Assembly: GCA_046757025.1 (NCBI GenBank)
Contig: JBHHXN010000027.1
Location: 1-41,951, forward strand
Direction of reading: 5' to 3'
DNA length: 41,951 nt
Source of the DNA: a bacterium
GTDB lineage: Bacteria; Zhuqueibacterota; Zhuqueibacteria; Oceanimicrobiales; Oceanimicrobiaceae
The notes under the pieces are model-generated. The model worked only from the letters and a program-made list of their open reading frames with translations. It did not search any database and was not told where the DNA came from. The translations under genes and the position numbers were made by a program. Shown here piece by piece: positions 38,321 through 41,951 of this stretch (its first letter is position 1; each line of letters opens with the position of its first letter).

Positions 38321-38402
38321 TGCCGAAGGGGGGACTCGAACCCCCATGGGTTGCCCCACACGGTCCTTAACCGTGCGTGTCTGCCAATTCCACCACTTCG
38401 GC
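38321..38402 (-). tRNA. tRNA-Leu, anticodon AAG (CCA not encoded)
   Basis: GCCGAAG/CTTCGGC acceptor stem with A73, D-arm TGGTGGAATTGGCAGACAC, anticodon arm CACGG-TTAAGGA-CCGTG, long variable arm GGG-GCAA-CCC, T-arm GGGGG-TTCGAGT-CCCCC. Confidence 0.95.
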
Positions 38403-38421
38403 AATCATGATTTGACTTTCG

Positions 38422-38811
38422 CTATTTCGAGCTATCCGCGTTCGGCGGTATCGTTTGATCCGTTGTTACAGGTATTAACTGTTGAGCGTCACCCGGAGAT
38501 ACTACCGGTATCTGAGAGCCTGGAATGGTTCTTTGATTTTGCTGCGCTTGTTGTACTAATCCCTGGGCTTCGCCAACAGAGCCTTTATTGAGAAAAGAAA
38601 TAAACAACGACAACAACAAAAATGCGATAGCTAAACCCGTAGTGACACGACTTAAAAACGTAGCCGCGCCGCGACCGCCAAAAACCGCGCCCATGCCGCC
38701 GCCACCGCCAAATGCGCCAGCCAATCCACCACCTTTACTGGATTGCAGTAAAATGACCACAATTAAAGCAAAACATACGATTAAATAAATAAAATATAAA
38801 AATGGTAACAT
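38422..38811 (-). CDS. secG: Preprotein translocase subunit SecG
   Basis: VILLQSSKGGGLAGAFGG...FGGRGAATFLSRVT, two TM helices, tpiA-secG-tRNA-Leu synteny. Confidence 0.96.
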   Translation of the reverse strand: MLPFLYFIYLIVCFALIVVILLQSSKGGGLAGAFGGGGGMGAVFGGRGAATFLSRVTTGLAIAFLLLSLFISFLNKGSVGEAQGLVQQAQQNQRTIPGSQIPVVSPGDAQQLIPVTTDQTIPPNADSSK

Positions 38812-38823
38812 AAATCCTTTTCC

Positions 38824-39597
38824 TTAAATAGAAATTTCTTCTGCACCTTTGATTATTTCGGTGAAACTACTGGCATCCAGACTGGCGCCGCCAACCAGGG
38901 CGCCGTCAATATTTTCCTGCTGCAAAAGTTCTCTGGCATTTGCCGGTTTCACGCTTCCGCCGTATTGAATTCGCAGACCGTTGCCAATTTCAGCACCGAA
39001 CAGATCTTCTAAAAGACGGCGAATAAAAACATGGACTTCCTCAGCCTGCTGCGGAGTGGCATTTTCGCCGGTGCCGATGGCCCAAACCGGTTCGTAGGCA
39101 ACGACCAATTCGTCAGCATGGGTGAGCTGCACCTCTTTCAAACCGTTTCTCATTTGCGTTTCAACAATCTGCTCCGTTAGCCCCTGCCGACGCTCTTCGA
39201 TTTTTTCTCCCACACAAAAAATCGGGATGAGGCCCGATGCCAAGGCTTTTAAAACTTTTTTGTTGATGTCTGTGTCGCTTTCTCCGAAAACATGACGGCG
39301 CTCCGAATGTCCAATAATGACGTACTCACAGCCGGCGTCTTTCAACATGGCAGCGGAAACCTCGCCGGTAAAAGCGCCTTTATCCTGCCAGTGCAAATTC
39401 TGAGCGCCTAATTTCAACCTCGTCTCTTTCAAAAAGTTGCCCACAGGTACCAGCGCCGGAAACGCCGGACAAATGACCACGTCAACTTCCTGCACATTGA
39501 TCAATTTGACTTTCAAAGCCTTCGCTGCTGAAATCGCTTCAGAAGGCGTTTTATACATTTTCCAATTCCCCCCAATCACCATTCTGCGTTTTTTCAT
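38824..39597 (-). CDS. tpiA: Triosephosphate isomerase
   Basis: GNWKM, GAFTGEVS, IGHSERR, AYEPVWAIGTG, YGGSVK, LVGGASL. Confidence 0.99.
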   Translation of the reverse strand: MKKRRMVIGGNWKMYKTPSEAISAAKALKVKLINVQEVDVVICPAFPALVPVGNFLKETRLKLGAQNLHWQDKGAFTGEVSAAMLKDAGCEYVIIGHSERRHVFGESDTDINKKVLKALASGLIPIFCVGEKIEERRQGLTEQIVETQMRNGLKEVQLTHADELVVAYEPVWAIGTGENATPQQAEEVHVFIRRLLEDLFGAEIGNGLRIQYGGSVKPANARELLQQENIDGALVGGASLDASSFTEIIKGAEEISI

Positions 39598-39678
39598 TCG
39601 GCTGCCTCTGTCGGACGTGTGATTTATCTTTTTAACTCAATTCAAATCGTTTCGGGTTCCAAATTGGATGTTTGTTCC

Positions 39679-40689
39679 TTACAAAGATTTCGCCATTCGC
39701 CCGATAAGGTCGATCACCCGGCAAGAAAAGCCCCATTCATTGTCGTACCAGGAAAGTACTTTTGCCATGTTGCCGTCAATCACGTTGGTGGACTTGGCAT
39801 CAACGATGGATGAATGCGAATCGCCGTTAAAATCCTTAGAAACCAGGGGTTCATCGCAGTATCTCAAAATGCCGCGCAGCTCATTTTCAGAGGCTTTTTT
39901 GAAAGCTGCATTAAGCTCGTCGCGGGTGGTATTTTTTTCGAGCTGAAACACCACATCCACCAGCGACACATTCGGCGTCGGTACCCGAATGGCCATGCCG
40001 TCCATTTTGCCTTGTAGTTCCGGCAGAACCAACGCCACCGCTTTGGCCGCGCCAGTGGTGGTGGGAATCATGGAAACCGCCGCTGCCCGGGCTCTGCGCA
40101 AATCCTTGTGTGGCAAGTCCAGAATGCGTTGATCATTGGTATAAGAATGAATAGTGGTCATGAGCCCTTTCACGATGCCAAAATTATCAAGCACCACTTT
40201 TGCCACCGGCGTTAAACAATTGGTGGTGCAGGAGGCATTGGAAATGATGTGATGTTTGGACGGGTCGTACGTGTGATCATTGACTCCCACCACCACGGTC
40301 AGATCCGGGTTCTTGGCCGGGGCGCTGATGATGACTTTTTTGGCGCCAGCGTGGAGATGTTTTTCCGCATTTTCTCTGGCGGTGAACAAACCGGTGGATT
40401 CTATGGCCACATCCACTTCCAGATCTTTCCAGGGCAATTGTCCCGGTTCACGGATTCCCAGAACTTTAACTGCTCTGCCGTTTACATTGATATTTTCGCC
40501 TTCGGCTTTGACGTCGCCTTCGAATACGCCAAAATTTGAATCGTATTTTAACAAATGAGCCAGGGTATGTGAATCTGTTAAATCGTTCACCGCGACGATT
40601 TCGATATCACCTGCGCCCTGGCCGGTAACCGCTCTGAAAATGTTACGGCCAATCCTGCCAAATCCATTGATGCCAACTCGAACAGCCAT
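39679..40689 (-). CDS. gap: Type I glyceraldehyde-3-phosphate dehydrogenase
   Basis: [34 protein letters not shown]. Confidence 0.99.
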   Translation of the reverse strand: MAVRVGINGFGRIGRNIFRAVTGQGAGDIEIVAVNDLTDSHTLAHLLKYDSNFGVFEGDVKAEGENINVNGRAVKVLGIREPGQLPWKDLEVDVAIESTGLFTARENAEKHLHAGAKKVIISAPAKNPDLTVVVGVNDHTYDPSKHHIISNASCTTNCLTPVAKVVLDNFGIVKGLMTTIHSYTNDQRILDLPHKDLRRARAAAVSMIPTTTGAAKAVALVLPELQGKMDGMAIRVPTPNVSLVDVVFQLEKNTTRDELNAAFKKASENELRGILRYCDEPLVSKDFNGDSHSSIVDAKSTNVIDGNMAKVLSWYDNEWGFSCRVIDLIGRMAKSL

Positions 40690-40740
40690 GTTTTTGTTCT
40701 CCTTTTGATTTCAGTGGGTTGTGAAATAAAAAACGATGCT

Positions 40741-40769
40741 AAAGTAATAATTATTTAAAAAAATGTCAA
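40741..40769 (-). promoter_or_regulatory. Sigma-70 promoter of gap-tpiA-secG-tRNA-Leu
   Basis: TTGACA-N17-TACTTT, 51 bp upstream of the gap ATG. Confidence 0.65.
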
Positions 40770-40917
40770 GAAGAAATTGCAAACAAATATTTCCTAAAAT
40801 ATTTAAAAACCTGATTATATAATACCGAATATAAGAAACTATGCGTGAATGAAAATTGCAGTTAATAAGCACGAACAACGCACCCCCTTATCACCGTTCT
40901 TTTTAATTTTTCATATA

Positions 40918-40966
40918 AACCAATGGTGGGGTGTTGAGCGGTGAATTACTCGAACGCTTGTTAGAA
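40918..40966 (-). other. Degenerate integron attC-like site
   Basis: Minus strand TTCTAAC-AAGC-GTTCGAG...CTCAAC-ACCCCACC-ATTGGTT: R''-like box, paired L boxes with one unpaired base, decayed R' box. Confidence 0.4.
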
Positions 40967-41086
40967 GGATGAATTCTAGTGTAAGAAAGTAACTGAAAAA
41001 ATTATTTGACAATTTAACGACATTTTTGTTTACTAAAATTAAGGCAATTGAAAAATTATGCACAATGGAAAACGGAATTCATAGAA

Positions 41087-41951
41087 ATGAAATTTCTCGT
41101 TATTTTTAGTCTATTTACAGTTATTATTGTTTAATCTCCCTTCTCTGGTCAGGCTTCTCAATTGATCTTGTTAAAAAGTTTTCCAGATCCTGAATCTGAA
41201 AAACCTAATGATTATCTCACGCATCCCTATGATCTTGTTTTATATAAACATTATTTTATTGTAACGGATGCCGTAGAAAGTTGCATGAAAGTATTTTCAA
41301 CAGCAGTAGAGTTACTAAGGGTACTTGGTTCAAAAGGGAAAGGCCCTGGCGAGCTTTTAGACCCATTTGTTTTAACAATCGACGAAACCAGGGGAATCAT
41401 TTAGTGTCAAGATGGAGGCAATCGTCGAATCTCCTGTTTCTCAATGAAAGGCAAGTACATAAATTCCTTCAGAACAACCTATCCAGTTTATGATATGATC
41501 TGGCATAAGGAAAAAATTTACACAGTTTCTAATGAGCAAACGAAAACCTTATTTGCATATTATGATACACTTAATAATATTCAAAAACTTTTCGGGACTT
41601 TTTTTGACCAAAAAATTAATAAATTAAGATACAAAAGATCCTTATATTCAAAGGTATTTTTAAAATTCATGAAAATAATCTATACGTATTTTATGCACAT
41701 TTACCGATTATCCAGGTTTATGATAGTAAAGAATCATTAATTCGAACGATAGATATTAATGTTAAACAAATTATTATGCTTGGAGAGTATAATTTTCATG
41801 CAAAAAAAGAAAGAGGTAGATTAAAAATAAAAATCTGGCTACGTGGATCAGATATCACGGCTGACAAAATATTTTGCTTTTCTCCCCCACTAAAGAGCCT
41901 TTTGGTTTTGCATCATTCGGGCAATTTAATTGACAAAATCTCATTTAAAGA
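41087..41951 (+). pseudogene. Disrupted exported 6-bladed beta-propeller/NHL-repeat protein, runs off the window edge
   Basis: ATG 41087 with signal peptide; in-frame TAA 41132-41134 and TAG 41402-41404; frameshift near 41660 (alternative frame KIHENNLYVFYAHLPIIQVYDSK... open to the window end); GSKGKGPGEL and DGGNRRISCFS motifs. Confidence 0.8.

Noticed and set aside
41657..41665. Programmed -1 frameshift at T-TTA-AAA
   Set aside because: It fits a slippery heptamer, but two upstream in-frame stops make simple pseudogene decay the better explanation.

Overview
Chromosomal window from a diderm bacterium. Gene content (Bat operon, GWxTD protein, FadL-like barrel, TonB) suggests an FCB-type lineage such as KSB1/Calditrichota; this placement is inference only. 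Nearly all genes lie on the minus strand. In order: a truncated yhaM; a five-gene operon (multiheme protein, RmlC-like cupin, SDR, beta-barrel, penicillin acylase); envelope genes; an expanded MoxR-DUF58-BatABCDE operon; a degP-dnaJ-degP-fmdB-dnaK stress cluster; a STAS/anti-sigma fusion; fadD; a TPR protein; gap-tpiA-secG-tRNA-Leu; and an AT-rich pseudogene at the right end. Top observations: (1) the ORF called at 5122..6288 extends to an ATG at 6501 through an in-frame UGA in a P-C-G-U motif followed by SECIS-like hairpins, giving a predicted exported 459-aa selenoprotein that fuses a degenerate UshA/5'-nucleotidase-type domain to a tetraheme cytochrome c. (2) The tRNA-Leu after secG has the rare bacterial anticodon AAG. 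(3) Three correctly spaced sigma-54 promoters precede dnaK, dnaJ and a lipoprotein/barrel pair. (4) There are four miniature inverted-repeat elements, three carrying a related internal GTCATT...AATGAC palindrome and one with an exact 8-bp target duplication. (5) One DegP paralogue has Glu in place of the catalytic Asp.
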